DNA of 64,000 nt, from contig JALDZS010000007.1 of NCBI GenBank assembly GCA_022813965.1, forward strand, positions 1 to 64,000, in the 5' to 3' direction. The translations under genes and the position numbers were made by a program. Under the pieces are notes generated by a model. It had not been told where the DNA came from. It made no database searches and saw only the letters and a program-made list of their open reading frames with translations. Shown here one piece after another: positions 11,524 through 28,039 of the stretch. The DNA is from Toensbergia leucococca (lineage: Eukaryota). Position 1 is the stretch's first letter, and each line of letters opens with the position of its first letter.

Positions 11524-13066
11524 TCATGGCGTCCTTGCCGCGTTCGCATCGGAGAAAGGTCCATCCTTCTTCCAACTGCTCACCCCTCCTACACTCCCCA
11601 ACCCACCGTGCCTCGGCTCTCTACTTGCTCTTCTGGTTGCTTCTTCAATAATTTGGTTCAAGCTCCCAGATCTTCTGTGCTTGTGTTTCCTATGATCCTT
11701 GGGGGAAAGTCTATCCTGACTCCGAGATGATGATAAGGAGGGATTTAAGGGCGAGCCCCGTAGTTCAGGTGACGAGGAAGGCGTCTTGAATGGAGACTCC
11801 TTAGGTACCATATTATTTCCAGCTACTGTAGTAGCCTGCGACGGGCGGTCATGACCCATGAGGCTCCTGCGGGCGGAATTTGATTCCTCATCTTCGTCGG
11901 TTGAGGCATCATCGAAGGTGGTGGCATCGCCATTATGCCGATTGTCATCCGCGATAGACACACGACGTTCGAGCTGGACTACGGGAATCCGCGGGGTCTC
12001 TGTGGCGTCGTAATTCGTGCCTGCTATGGTATTGGTGGCATGGGTTGATGGGTTCCTAGTAACGGTAACAGCTTTAGGTGTGCCGAGTCGAGCGACAATT
12101 GAGCTATTGGTGTTGAATGGGCTCTGGCCGTGCTTTTGATAATCAATGGTAGGTATCGGAGGACTCGCTATCCTCGGGGTCCCGGTAGGACTATTTTTCC
12201 TGCTTGACTTGACACTGACCGCAGTAGCTTTACCGCGTGTGACGGTCTGAGCAGGAACGGGGTTTATCACGGCATTGTTGCGATATATGGTGGTCGCAAT
12301 GCTATTTCTAGCTAAGCTTGGGGTAATGCTTGACCGAGCGAAAGAACTTCGGGCATCATCGGTATAGCCAGAGTACGTGGAATCTCGTAGATCACCTAGC
12401 GTGAAAAACTGATCCTGAGCAAGGTGGGGGGTAGAAACATTTGATGGGGGATTCGAAGCAGCTGGGATCGGAGGTACTGGTGGAACTAAGAGATCTGGTG
12501 ATGATTCGATCGACCGATTTGTAACGCCGGGGATGTAGGCAATCTGGATGACGTTGGAAGCTCGGGTATAGGCCGAAGATGCTATCGATCCCATGGTATG
12601 TGTTGAGGCTCTGGCGTCCCTCGACACAGTGAATTGATCGCCCTCTTTCTCCGTACCTGTGCCTTCTTCTGGCCAGTCACTATCATCAAACTCCTCTCGT
12701 CTCTTTTTGATGCAAAATCTCCAGACCAGGTAAGTGACGATCACGATCGCAGCAATTCCACCGACTACACCTCCAGCAATGGCACCTGCGGCCGGTGAAG
12801 AATTCGAACTTGACGGTGTTGCTGACGGCGATGGACCAATGGAATTAACTTTAATACAGGATGTTGATGCACAGGCATTGCACGACTGAGTGGCAACTGA
12901 GCATGTCTCGTCTGAGGAACAAACAGGGCACGAAGGAACAGTAGGAGGGCACGCAAGGCATCGTCGGAACATTCTATGCATTGTAGTATCAAAATCTAAA
13001 AGCTATGATCAGCGTTGCCTCTTTTCACAGAAGCCTGGTGAGCATACTGGTCGAGACTGAATCCAT
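11524..13066 (-). CDS. opy2: Opy2-like single-pass membrane anchor of the HOG/Ste50 pathway. Exons 13066-13048, 12995-11524
   Basis: Cys-rich N-terminus CLACPPTVPSCPVCSSDETC..C..C....C, TM helix AIAGGVVGGIAAIVIVTYLVW and motif RASNVIQIAYIPGVT. The short first exon is inferred from a GTATGC..TAG intron. Confidence 0.88.
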
Positions 13067-14899
13067 GGTTTCAAGAGAATAGACGAAGACGACGTGTCGA
13101 TCGGGCGAAGTAGCAACAATGATGGTTTCAACGAGATCAACACAAGACAGATCGATAAAAAGTCAATTCCCTTTTCAAGCACGAAGCGTTGGGGAAAGAA
13201 CGATGAGAAAGAGTGTGCCGCCAACAGAATGATTGAAGATAGTTGGTTGTTGGTCTGGTGCGAAAGGTCAATGGCAGTCTTGTCAATCGAAACAAAGAGT
13301 GTTGTATTGAGCAAGGCGACAAAGCTTCCGAGACCAAGAAAACAATCAATTGGCCGTGATCCAAACGAGTGTGTAGGTGTTGTTATCGTTGCATCCCTCC
13401 TGGTGGTGAGCCTGAGGTTTGGAGGGTGCGCTCGGGCGCAAGGCCAGCTCTGGGTGGAGCAGAACCGATTGGGACGGCTCAACTCAGGAGACAAAACGCG
13501 GGTCAGAGCATGCTTTCTGGAGAAGAGGTTGATTATATAAGAGTCAAGATGAAATGAATAGTGAGATCAGAGGTTGTAGATGATGGGATTGCTCGGAGAG
13601 CAGTGAGGATTGAGGAGGGGGAGGGTGTACCAACATGAACTTGTCCCTTATTGGCTAGAAGATGGAATTTCTATGGATCCCTTTCAGGAAATGAACACAA
13701 GGAACTCTCTCTTTGTTTTGATCTTTGTCAATGATATGTAAACGTTTGCAAGCATTTGTCGAATGATTGAAAATGTAGATAGAAGATCAGAATATGAGTG
13801 TCCTCGAGATTTGCCTTCTATCTATTCTATCACGCTTACGCTGGAAGGTGGCACTGCAAATGACTTCTATCCGTCTTACAGGACATTTATTCACCTTGGT
13901 ACATGCTTAAATCTCATTATCAAAGGACGACTCCATTCTTGCACTTCCGGTCATTTATCGTCAACTTCTCGTTAACTTCTTGTACTTTGCCAAATCACAT
14001 TTTCATCTCGGCATCGCTCCCCCCATTCTATTCTAGAATATTCTAAATAGAACCGTATTCCAAATGGAAAAGGTGGAACCTGCACGAGGTATGTTGAAGA
14101 AAACACTAAGTATGAGACAAGTCTTTAAGCACCGACAGACATATTGCGTACTTATGATAATACCTAGGTAGGTACTTACGCATTGCTGGGTATCACAAGT
14201 AATCTTAGAATAGGTATGCAATGCAACCTTTTCCCGCCGAGCTTCTCAGCTTGGGCCAAGATGCCTTTCATCATAACAAATCACTCGTATGCGTACGTTC
14301 TTAACAATAGCCCATCTTTGCGACTTTTTTACCTCTTTTAAATGTGTATACGCAATACGTAAACTCCTGAAATTGGGATGAACTGTGACGCGCATTGGTG
14401 CTAGCTTAATATTTATGCACGAGAACGAAGCTATGGCTATTTTCGGAAACCCCACACAGCCACCAAAGGTACCGGATAGTTGAAGACAAAGAACAACATT
14501 GCTGTCGATCAGTTTGTTATTCAATTCACGTATTTAATATTGCGACCACCTTTTTTCCGGAGCTGGAATTTGACACTGTTGCATACAAGTCATTCGGACT
14601 GGTCCACTCCATCGCTTCCCCTTTTCAAACACGAAACACGTCAAGGGCGCCCCTCAATGAGTTAACTCCTAACACATCTTGATTCACCACCATCCCATTT
14701 ACATACTTAGACCTGCATTACACCACTTCTTGCTCCACTTGTCCCATCCCTCTGTATCTAGCCCAGACGGCAACACTCGACCCCTTCACTAGTAGTCCTG
14801 CATTTAAATACTGCACCATTCATTTACAATTTCCCCAGCGATCCACACTCAGAGGACCATTGCTGTGAACATCCTCTGTGCTAGAAGAGCAGAACCAGA

Positions 14900-18016
<3,117 letters not shown>

Positions 18017-18574
18017 TCTGGCATTCGGCAGGGCTGTATTTACGAGCTGCATGAACGGATTGTGTGGTTTGTCACGAATTGGCAGTGCTGGTCATGCCTA
18101 CATACATTGCGCAGGAGTACAATGCTTTCTAGACAAAAACCGGACTCGAGCGAGATAGCATGTCATGCTGGTGTGATTTGACAGGGTACTGCAGTTAGAC
18201 TGGAATAAAATGCCAAATCATCCATCGAATAATGTGAAAATAGAAGCAAATGAGAGCTATATAGGGCACGGAGTAAGCTCTCTGTTTTCACAGCTCATGT
18301 CTTTGTGGTCTAGATTGAGGAGACTACAGTAGAATGTTGGTATGACAAGCTGCCTCTCTCGGTGCCTTGTGTTCTACGGTGGACTTCAGAACTCCGTAAC
18401 TCCCAATCAATACAGAACTTTGTCATCTTCTCGATACCAAGTTACACTTTCTAAATATCAGCACATTCCCCTAAGCTCGACATCATTTCCTCGCATTCCT
18501 GGTAAAGAGCAGACTTCAAAGATATATTAAGCCCGCTATCTTTCCTGCTGCACCGTCAGAAGACAGACAATAAG

Positions 18575-19382
18575 ATGCTGAAGATATGGTCGATGGTGAG
18601 TCTTCAGGTCTCACGCCGCAACAAACACTTCATGGCGTTCAAGAAGCCTAAGGCTAACAGATTTACTGCAGAAACAACAGCAGCAGGCGGCTGCTAATGC
18701 TGAAGGGGGTGGGCAAAAGAAGAAGAAAGTCACACCGGCCCAGCTACGAGTGCAGAAAGGTACCAAACGCACACCTAAACACACGCTATGGAGCTCTACG
18801 CTGATAAATTCCCTCTGCTCCTCAGATCTTTCCGAGCTCTCTCTTGGCAGCACCATGCGCACCAAATTCCCCAACCCGGACGATATTTTAAACTTCACAC
18901 TCACCATTGATCCGGACGAGGGCATGTACAAAGGCGGCGCTTTTCATTTCAACTTCGCTGTCAGCCCGTCATATCCGCATGATCCACCAAAGGTCAAATG
19001 CACGCAAAAGATATACCACCCAAACATTGATCTCGAGGGCAACGTGTGCTTGAACATCTTGAGGGAAGATTGGAAACCCGTCCTGAACTTGAATGCGGTC
19101 ATTGTGGGATTGCAGGTAGGTTGACAAAACCTGGGGATGTTGCCTAAAAATCCAGCATACAGTGATTCGCGGAACACATCCAGGGAAATTTGTACGGGAG
19201 TGTTGGCTGACATGGAAGTCATACAATAGTTTCTTTTCCTCGAGCCGAACGCTTCAGATCCACTTAATAAAGAAGCAGCAGAAGACCTAAGGATCAATAG
19301 GGAAGGCTTCAAGAGGAACGTACGATCCTCGATGAGTGGAGGGTCTGTAAAGGGAGAACAGTATGAACGGGTAATGAAATAA
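18575..19382 (+). CDS. ubc12: NEDD8-conjugating E2 enzyme. Exons 18575-18595, 18672-18759, 18826-19115, 19230-19382
   Basis: N-terminus MLKIWSMKQQ, AQLRVQKDLSEL and active site [22 protein letters not shown]. Confidence 0.93.
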
Positions 19383-19867
19383 TCTAATAAGGACGTTACA
19401 ACGAAATGGTTTTTGTTCTGGTTCTGGAGAACTTTGGGCGTTCGAGCGAGCATGAGCATGGTTGCAGGTATCCGCGAATGGTTTTGGGGGTATTGGAGCT
19501 TTCGCTCCCCATGATTATGTTGATTCCCCTTCGTATTTTCCCTGTCTAGCAAGAAACAAACCTCGGGAAATCGATCGTCCATGTTTGTCGGGACTTGTGG
19601 ATGTTACTTATAGTTGTAGCTGTAAGAATTGCCGTCCGTTCAGTAGTCCATTCCTCGATTCATACGGAGTACGAAAGATGCGTAATACTTTTACTACAGG
19701 GCTTCTACCAGCACAGCCCTACAAGACCTGAAGACGCTAGTGAGACGAGCCCTAGATTTATTCGAAGCTTGGCATCAACCCCCGAACAAGTTCAACTTTT
19801 AGGGATTGAAGTCGCTCAGCCGAAGTTGATTTGAAACTCCAATGCTGCGAATGCGTTCCTTCCCGCA

Positions 19868-21196
19868 ATGCCTTCCAAAATCGAGAGCACCATCCCACAT
19901 ATACCCGCATGGAAGAAATTAGGCTTGAAGCTCAAAAGTGCCAAAGACGAGGAACCTATCGTCAACGACAGCCAGCTCAGCGCGCATCTAGAGAATAGAA
20001 AGAAACGCCCTTTGGAGGAAACAACTCACGAACCCACTTCCACACCCCCGGCTCAACTTTCCAAAAGACCCAAGAAAGCATCTTCAACCCCGAAATCGCC
20101 AAAAGTAGACACTCCCATTCCCAGCACCTCCACCATCCCACCCTTCAATCCCTCGCCTCCATCCACCCCGGCGCCCCCAAAACGCAAATCCGTCTCCTTC
20201 ACCCCAGAAACCAAAACCACCGACGGCGATAGCATCAAAGCCCTCTACAACACCTGGCTCGCCTCGCAAAAAGCCACCGACCCAACCTTCAACCCGGCCT
20301 CCATCAGCGACTCCCTCAAAGCCGTCCAACCAGCCCAACTCCACCCCACAACCTCACCCACCCCAACTCCCCCTAAATCTAAAAAGAAAGCGCGCAAAAG
20401 CCCCACCAACCTCACGTCTTCACAGAAAGACCCACCGCAACCCCAGACCCAACATCCAGCCTTAAGCTACCTCACCACCCATCACACCGACCCCCAGAGC
20501 TGGAAATTCTCCAAAAACCACCAAACCCACCTCCTCAAACACCTCTTCTCCCCAACCCACATCCCCCCACCCCACAACCAGGCCCTCCACAGCTACCTCC
20601 TCGGCCTTCGCGGCCTCTCCGCCCGCGCGCGCCTACGCGCCACCGCGCTCGAAATCCGCAAACGGGACGAGGAGGAAGTGGCGGGGATGGAGAGCCCGGA
20701 TCTGAGGAGGAGGTATTACGAGCAGGCTGTTGGGGTATTTAGGGAGAAGTTAAGACAGGGGGAATGGGCGAGGGAGGAGGAGGGGGAATTGGAAGTAGAA
20801 GAGGAGTGGAAGGAGAGGGTTGAGAGGAGGAGGAGGGCAGAGGTTGTACTTTGGGCCGTTGGGGAGACGGAGGAGGAGGTGGGAGCGCGGAAGGACGGAA
20901 AGGGTGCACTGGATACGGGATCGGAGGGCAGGGCGATGGGAACGACAGGGAATGCGGAGGTTCCAAAGGGCAAAGCGAAGCGGAAGCGGAAGCGACGGAC
21001 GGAGGTGCCGGACGATGACACGAGCAGCAGTAGTGAGAGCAGCAGCGGTAGTAGTAGCAGCAGTGAGGACGGCAAGGAGAAAAGTACCGGTCGAAGTGAG
21101 GGAAAGAAAGACGAGTCATCGGATTCGTCGAGTTCGGAATCTGGGGGTAGCGGTGCCGACAGCGAAGATAGCAGTAGTGAGAGCGGAAGCGATTAA
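19868..21196 (+). CDS. WKF-domain protein (yeast YCR016W-like), probably nucleolar
   Basis: N-terminal HIPAWKKLGLKLK, ALSYL..H...WKFSKNHQTHLLKH, basic clusters and a Ser/acidic tail. Confidence 0.8.
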   Translation: MPSKIESTIPHIPAWKKLGLKLKSAKDEEPIVNDSQLSAHLENRKKRPLEETTHEPTSTPPAQLSKRPKKASSTPKSPKVDTPIPSTSTIPPFNPSPPSTPAPPKRKSVSFTPETKTTDGDSIKALYNTWLASQKATDPTFNPASISDSLKAVQPAQLHPTTSPTPTPPKSKKKARKSPTNLTSSQKDPPQPQTQHPALSYLTTHHTDPQSWKFSKNHQTHLLKHLFSPTHIPPPHNQALHSYLLGLRGLSARARLRATALEIRKRDEEEVAGMESPDLRRRYYEQAVGVFREKLRQGEWAREEEGELEVEEEWKERVERRRRAEVVLWAVGETEEEVGARKDGKGALDTGSEGRAMGTTGNAEVPKGKAKRKRKRRTEVPDDDTSSSSESSSGSSSSSEDGKEKSTGRSEGKKDESSDSSSSESGGSGADSEDSSSESGSD

Positions 21197-21411
21197 GGGT
21201 TGGGGAGAATTTTTAGCTTTTTGCAACGGTGTTTGCTTCGGTGATAGGTGGATGGTTATGGATGGTGGCATTGAGATGGAGCTTGCATTCAAGTGATCAC
21301 GCATATCGTACAAAAAGACAAGATTCATCTCCGACCTTACGCCATTGCCATGCTCCTCTCTCCAAAAGAAACTCCTACCTGGGTATCATCACCACCTGCC
21401 AACCCGCCCGA

Positions 21412-24354
21412 TCACTTCCGTTCCTTTCCCTTTCCCTCCTCGGCTCCCTTTCCTCCACCCTCTCTCTCGCCCTCGCCGCCGTGATGATTCCCTGGCGTCC
21501 TCCTCTCTCGATGATGCTCCCGCCTTCTCTTCCGCGGAGTATACACATCGTTGAAATTCATCACCACCCCCAGAAACTTCATGTCCACATCCGGCTGCAC
21601 CGCCAAGTCCCCCAGCAGAACATTCACCCTGGTACGGAAATCGCCCGATAGATCTGTTAGGCGTGTTCGCAGCGCCGGGAGCATTTGGTCGTCTAGTTGC
21701 GCGCTACTGTTTGTGTTGATTTTGGGGAGGCCTGCTACTGCTACTACGGCGGGACTATTGCCGGGGAAATCTTGATGTGGGTCCTCGTCGTCCTTGTCGC
21801 TAAGCCCCCATTTGCCCTGCGCCGTGCGCGTTTCGATTTTGGCGCTCAGTTCCTGACGACGGGTGAATTCGGCGACGGAGAAGGAGTACAGGCCGTCGAC
21901 GGCATCTTTGTAGGCGAGCATGATCTTTAGAATGTGATGCAGCTGGCTGGTGAAGCTGTCTTCGCGGGCGCCGGTCGTGCTGGAGCGGGCAGAGCCGAGG
22001 AGGCCCTTGTGGGTGATGGATCTGAGGTATTTGGTGTGGGCACCAATCAGGTCGTCGAGCGTGCAATCAGGTTTGGAGATGGCGGCTTGGAGTTGGTCCC
22101 AGCTTGCTTCGATGACTTCGAAGAGGATGTAATATTGCAGCTGGTTGACGAAGTGGATCATCTCGGCAATACAGCATCGCGCGACCTTCCAGTCCCGGCT
22201 CAGTATGTCATCCACGCTGGCGAGAACGCCCCTGGCGCCGGTCATGCACCGCCGCCATGTGCTGCTGAGCGCGAATTCGACGCGCTTGACTCGCCAGAGG
22301 AAATTGAAGACGACGAGATACTGCTTGCTTGCCCAAGGTGTAATCACGACATCGACGGGAGCATCGACTTTGTATTCCAAGGTGAAGACGTCCCAGCCAA
22401 TATCACCGTGGCTGAGTTGGAGGAGACGGGCGTCGAGGCGGCGGAGCACGTCGGGGGAGTCGAATTGGGCGTTGGACCCACGAATGGCGTGGTCTAGCTG
22501 AGCGGTCAGGGTGTGACGGTATTGAGATCCAGCAGGTCTGTCGAGATTCGAGGAGAGTGACTCCATGAGCAGAGCGATAAAATCACCTTGGCCGAGGAGG
22601 AGATACTTCTTCAGGGCGCGGAGATGCTCAAACAACTGAAATTTCTCGTCCATCAGGTGAATGAGGCGGGTCATAGTGGTCTTGTAAGCCTTGTCGATAG
22701 ATGTCTCGAGAGTAGCAGTATCCCCATAGCGAAGCTCTCTCGAAGCTTCTTTGCAGTAGGCTTCCACCCAAGCAGAGTCTCTACAGCCGTAGCGAATGAA
22801 ATTCAAGCTCTTTCCAATCAGGAAGACTTTCTTTGCAAAGTCCTCGGTGATGATGCTTGGAATCATGACTTCGTCTAACTTGTACTTGTCTTCCCAGACG
22901 CTGCTCGCAGGAGCTCGACGAGGGTCAACTTCGCCATGATCTTGAGAGTTTTGCTCAATGACAAAGAATTCATGGTATGGGTCGGTAAGTTCTCCGTCGT
23001 ATATCCATTGGCGTAGCATATCATAGAAAGGTCGAGTCACATGAGCGAGCATACGTTCTGCAAAAGCACCTACAAAGGGGTCTCCATGGGACGACGAAAA
23101 TGCATGGATCATCGAGATTAATTGTCCTCCCTTTCTACCTATACGTAATCAGTCAGGGTATAGACTTCATCATTGAGACTTACTCTTGGCTTCCTCTACA
23201 ATTAAACTCATCAGTCGTAGGCCCATGGTAGAATCTCTAGTCCAGACAACACATCGTTTAAGCGTGACACCAGCTTTACTAATGCTGCCTCGCGCTTCGT
23301 TAACATCCAAAGATGTAATGGCTCGCCGGATCTCTCCTTCAAGAGTAGCTATTAGTCCAAGATAAGAGCGTAGCTCACTGCCAACCGCAGACCTTAGGCT
23401 TTGACCGACAAGGCCTTCATTTCGAGACTGTACAAATTCTGAAAGACTTCGATATAGCAATGACGGTTCAGCGAGCGTATGAAGAAGGGAGATTATTGGG
23501 AGAGGCAGAGTCGGCGGAAGAGAAAGGGTTAACAACGACGTAAAGGGTAAATTTGTCGACGATAAGCCTTGCAGGGTGAACGGGAGGTCTCGCAACAGAG
23601 CAGCCTCCGAGGGCATCCCGAGCTCAGGGCTGCCAGACATCGTTTCCAACGCTATGGTCGGTCCTAATGTCTTCTCAGTATTTGCCCCACTCTTGCGCTC
23701 GTTGTAGTCCCTATCCTCGGTCTTGGCTCTGGGGTCAATCTGCCGCGTCGGCAGCTTTGAAAGCGCAGCAGAGACGTCGTTGCTGAAAGCTGGCTGGTAG
23801 CTCTTACGCTGAGGGGCTTGGGGATCATCATGCGTCGCAGTACTGTTCCTCTGTGGTGAAATGTGCACATTATGCTGCGAAGCTGGCAACCTGATGGTTT
23901 GCTCGTCCGCAAATCCCGAGTCAGCCAACTGATGGAGCAAGTATAATATTGCCCATTTTTGAGATAGCACAGGTTGAGTAAGGAGTTTGGTGTATAGATC
24001 GGAGAACTGGACAACCTTCTCAGGAGAGGTGTTTTCGCGCATTACTTGAGACGGTCAGCTTTCTTTATTTCCCTCGAGTACAGTAGATAGACATATGTAG
24101 GCATACACTTTTTCTTGATCAGATCTGAGGCATGGTTGATGTCTGAAACGCCGGAATGACTGCCTTGACTGGAAATCCAGTCAGTAGAGGCCGACAACTA
24201 GAAGGTGCAGGTATACAGCATACCTGTCTATAATGCTCCGTGCCAAGGCCAAAGCATCAGCATGTCGTTCATCCTCACCGGGCGAAGGCGGTATCAGAGC
24301 TTCGACAAGGGACGATAACGCGTCGTCAATGCGTCTGGCTCTTTCATCACCCAT
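21412..24354 (-). CDS. spc98: Gamma-tubulin complex component GCP3 (Spc98/Alp6). Exons 24354-24224, 24168-24107, 24044-23184, 23138-21412
   Basis: GRIP-domain motifs SHGDPFV, WIYDGELTDPYHEFFV, LIGKSLNFIR, LKKYLLLGQGDF, GWDVFTLEYKVDAP and QLQYYILFEVIE. Confidence 0.92.
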
Positions 24355-25238
24355 GGGAGCATGTTCCAATTGCTCCAAATTGCCTGTGACGCGCCTCGTC
24401 TGAGAAGTCGTGCTGTATTTTGCCAAAATATCAAACCCTAAACGCTAAACGAGGGTGGAGCCCTAACTCCATCGACGCTCATCCACACATCCACACCCCG
24501 CAATCAAGTAAAGTATCGCTGAATTGGGTTCAGTGTCTACGATCATTACGAATCACTTCACTTCACTGCAGAAGAATGTTACGAGTAGAAGCCTCGAAGA
24601 GTTAGTGCTCAACGTAGCAATCGCTCAATATGGGTCACCAACATTAGATTATCACCAATTGTTCAACACTGATCGATCCCCCTCTCGCTACCAATGAAAG
24701 CACAGCGCTGAATTATTCAAACAACGTATGCAAATCAAGTCAAACAGACCTGTCTGGAAAATTCAATTGAGAAGGCATCAATCTCTCTTCGGCGTCAATA
24801 TAGCCGTCTGTGTAAGGAGCCATGCTCATACGGGCAAAAAGGGTCTGATATCATGATAGGGACTCTTTGACCAGACGGCAGACCCATTGGGGGCTTCAAG
24901 ATTGACTCTATTTAATTCAAGGCTGGCTTTTACACCACTCAGAAGAATTGTAGTCCATCTTGTAAAAGCCGCAAAGTAAAATACAGTCTATGAGATTGAA
25001 GATTGGCATGAAATAAAATTATGTCTATTGGTATATCAACTGCGAAGCTCTCTAGAGTCAATCAGCTTCTCTTCTATAATGCCTCGCGTCCCCAGATCCG
25101 AACCTCATGAAGGACGCCAGTACCCCATGGATGATAACGAGTGACTCTATACATTGGGATATGCAAACCACCGTAACAATAGTGACCTAAACGCCGTTTC
25201 TCCACCAAAGTTGCATTTTCACAACATAGAAAACATAT

Positions 25239-28039
25239 CTAAAAGGTGAATTTCATCAGATTTGGATTAAGCGCAATCGGCAAGAAGAAATGGCTGAACA
25301 CAACAGTCGAAAGAGGCCAAATCGCGGTGAAGAATTTAATCGTCCAGAATGCGGGTGCTGCTGTTGCAAAGTATATCATCATCGCAACGCAGAGAAGACA
25401 CCAAGCAAAGGTATATTTGAACTTTTTGACAAGCTTAGGGATCTCTTCGAAAAAAGTCGTGTTTTCAGCTTCCTTCGCGGTAGCACCCCAGCTCATGTCG
25501 ATAGAAAACATGTGGCAGACGAGAGCCTGACTTACGTGGAGAGAGATTCCGCCGAGGAAAACCGTAAGAAGTAGAACCCATTTGAAATTATTCCATAAGG
25601 CAGATCCAATGTCTTGCTCCTTAATTCTGTACCTGAGGATCGCGAGTGCAACGTTCCCCAGGCAGTTGAAGACGACGACAATTGCGACATAGATTTTGAA
25701 AGAATCAATATAGTAATGATCTAAATGTCCATTGAACCACCCGACGAGGAAGTAATTGGCCATGGTCAAAAGCCAAGCAGAGCCAATGGCATAGTATGTA
25801 CCGATATAAGCCATGATGGTGATTTTGGATGGTAGAGGCATATTGGAGCCAATGAACTTCTTGAACAGCGGGGTGAAAGGACCTCTGACGAACCAGTAGC
25901 GTAGTGGATGGAAGATCAACTCATTACAGCCATAAGCATATTTTTCCCAACGGGCGAGCTCGTCGTAGACAGTCAAAGAGACGCCTTCTTTAAATCCTTG
26001 GCCGGTGTACGCACCGAGACGGATAATGTAACCTTGAGTTTGCAATCGTAGAGCCATGTCAAAATCCTCGGAAACTGTCGCTTCTGACCAGTATTTCTCT
26101 GAACCATCTTCCGCTTCGTAGGCAATGTCCTGAACAGCTGACCATCGCAATACAGCATTGTGTCCAACGAAAGGAGCGACATCTCCATTTGCGACTGCAT
26201 AGCGGATTGCGGTGTAGATGAGATTCGTGAAGAAAGTGATGCCTCTCTCAAAGAAACTATCAGTGACATTCATGACCCCTGACGAGTACTGGATAATTGC
26301 GACTTGAGGGGCGCCTTCCATTTCACTGACGGCGTCGAGGAAGCAGTCATTCGGAACACGGGTGTCAGAGTCGATCAACAAAACATAATCACCCATGCGA
26401 ACATTACCATCCGCCCAGGTTCGCCCTTCATCCTCTTTGATGACCTGTTGCAAACACTCGGTGTACTCTTGGTGTTCGTCTTCTTCGGTCCAAGTTTCAG
26501 TCCGTGTGATCGCTGCAAGTTTGTCTTCGATTCGAGCGCTCACTGCCATCGCGTAGTTCATGTTCGATGCTTTTTTAAACTTGCCGGCACGGATGAATGC
26601 TGGCTCACCATCAGCTGGCTTGGGATTGTGTTTCGGCCTCGCTACCCAGCCGATGTTGTTCTCTTCATAATAGTCCCTTCGAAGTTGGGCGTCTGCTTCG
26701 GATATCAATTGCATACCATCGTCATTGACGAAAATGTTGGCAGTCCCCCCTTGCATCTCATACGTTGATATCGCAGCCTTCAAAGATTTGATGGTTGGAT
26801 CGATAACAGAGTTTAGACCTTCCTTGTAGACTGGACACTGAATGGTGACATGAGGAAATTCTCCACTTCTAATGCGACGAGGTGGTTGACCAGAAAAAAA
26901 CTTAGAATTTTTCTTCATTTGATCAGTTGGACCCAGAATTTGAGCAAGACAGCCTGCCACGGATTGCATAAAGAACTATACGTCATAATGTTAGCAAGCT
27001 ACTATATATGATCGCAAGGTTCACCTACCAAAGCAAGCCATATTTGAAGAGGCATAACGATGAAAAATGCCATTCGTAGATAGGTCTTGTCAACCGCCGT
27101 CTCTATTGCTATCTGGCGCCAGCCGGCAGCGAGGGCAGATAAAATCAAGAAAAGAGTAGCTCCAGTGAGACATGCCTGAAAAAGGACGATCTTTCGCGGC
27201 GGCTCCATCATGTCTTCCCTTGAGTATTCGTCGTAATCACCTCCTTCAAAGCCTAAGTCCGTTACTTGAACATTTTCTTCACTTTTCTCTGCTTTCTCGT
27301 CCCAGGGCGATTCGTTTTTCCAAACCATCGCCATTAACTGTAGCTGAAGGCTCTCTACCCGAGCGACCAAGTGAGTAGGATCGTCATCCCAGACAAGAAG
27401 ATAACCGGCACCACGATCGTCCCTAATGAAAGCAGCGAAGTGATGCTTTTGACATCTGGGCAGGTAAGAAATATCGGGAAGAATCTGTAGGGATAGGCCG
27501 TCTCTCAAAGGGACAGATTGAAGTCCATCCCATTGCAGCAGAACTCGAATAACATTAGTATTGACAGTCATTGCAGCCTGTTTTACATCTTAGCGTAAGT
27601 ACTGTCCCGCATCGTATACCCCAGATTCACTTACCTTTACATTAAGCCTTCGTACCATGTCGAACAAGCCGTTTTGCCGCCTGGGGTCCTTGAGCTCCGG
27701 TGGATCTGCAGTAAATGCATCTCGGCTCTTCTTTAGAACAACTCCCTCTCCCTCACCACCTTGATACCAAGATCGGATAGTCTGCTCTTTGTGGAGATGG
27801 GTAGCCATTAATTCACTCTTAACTTCCGATACAAAATCCACGGAAGAGTTCCTAAAATCACCAGTTGGATACAAGGAGGCGGGTCGAGATCCAGAATATC
27901 CGGGTGTGCTTTTGCCTGATACACCCGGTGTTTTCAGCGCGTGTGCGGAAGGAGTCATCTCCAACGAAGCTGGAGGCGAGGTCTTTTTTTGAATTATTTC
28001 TTCTGCCTGAGGGCGAAGGTAGGTTCTGAGAGACTTCAT
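25239..28039 (-). CDS. Polytopic GT2 glycosyltransferase, cellulose-synthase-like, about 896 aa; product unknown. Exons 28039-27635, 27577-27029, 26975-25239
   Basis: VTIQCPVYKE, VNDDG, KKASNMN, LIDSD, FVGHNAVLR, SEDF and ELARWEKYAYG. Two TM helices precede the catalytic domain and about five follow it. Confidence 0.88.

Noticed and set aside
19116..19229. Hairpin (CCTGGGGATGT / ACATCCAGG) in the longer ubc12 intron 3 as an intronic ncRNA
   Set aside because: One short bulged stem; no convincing H/ACA, C/D or riboswitch motifs.
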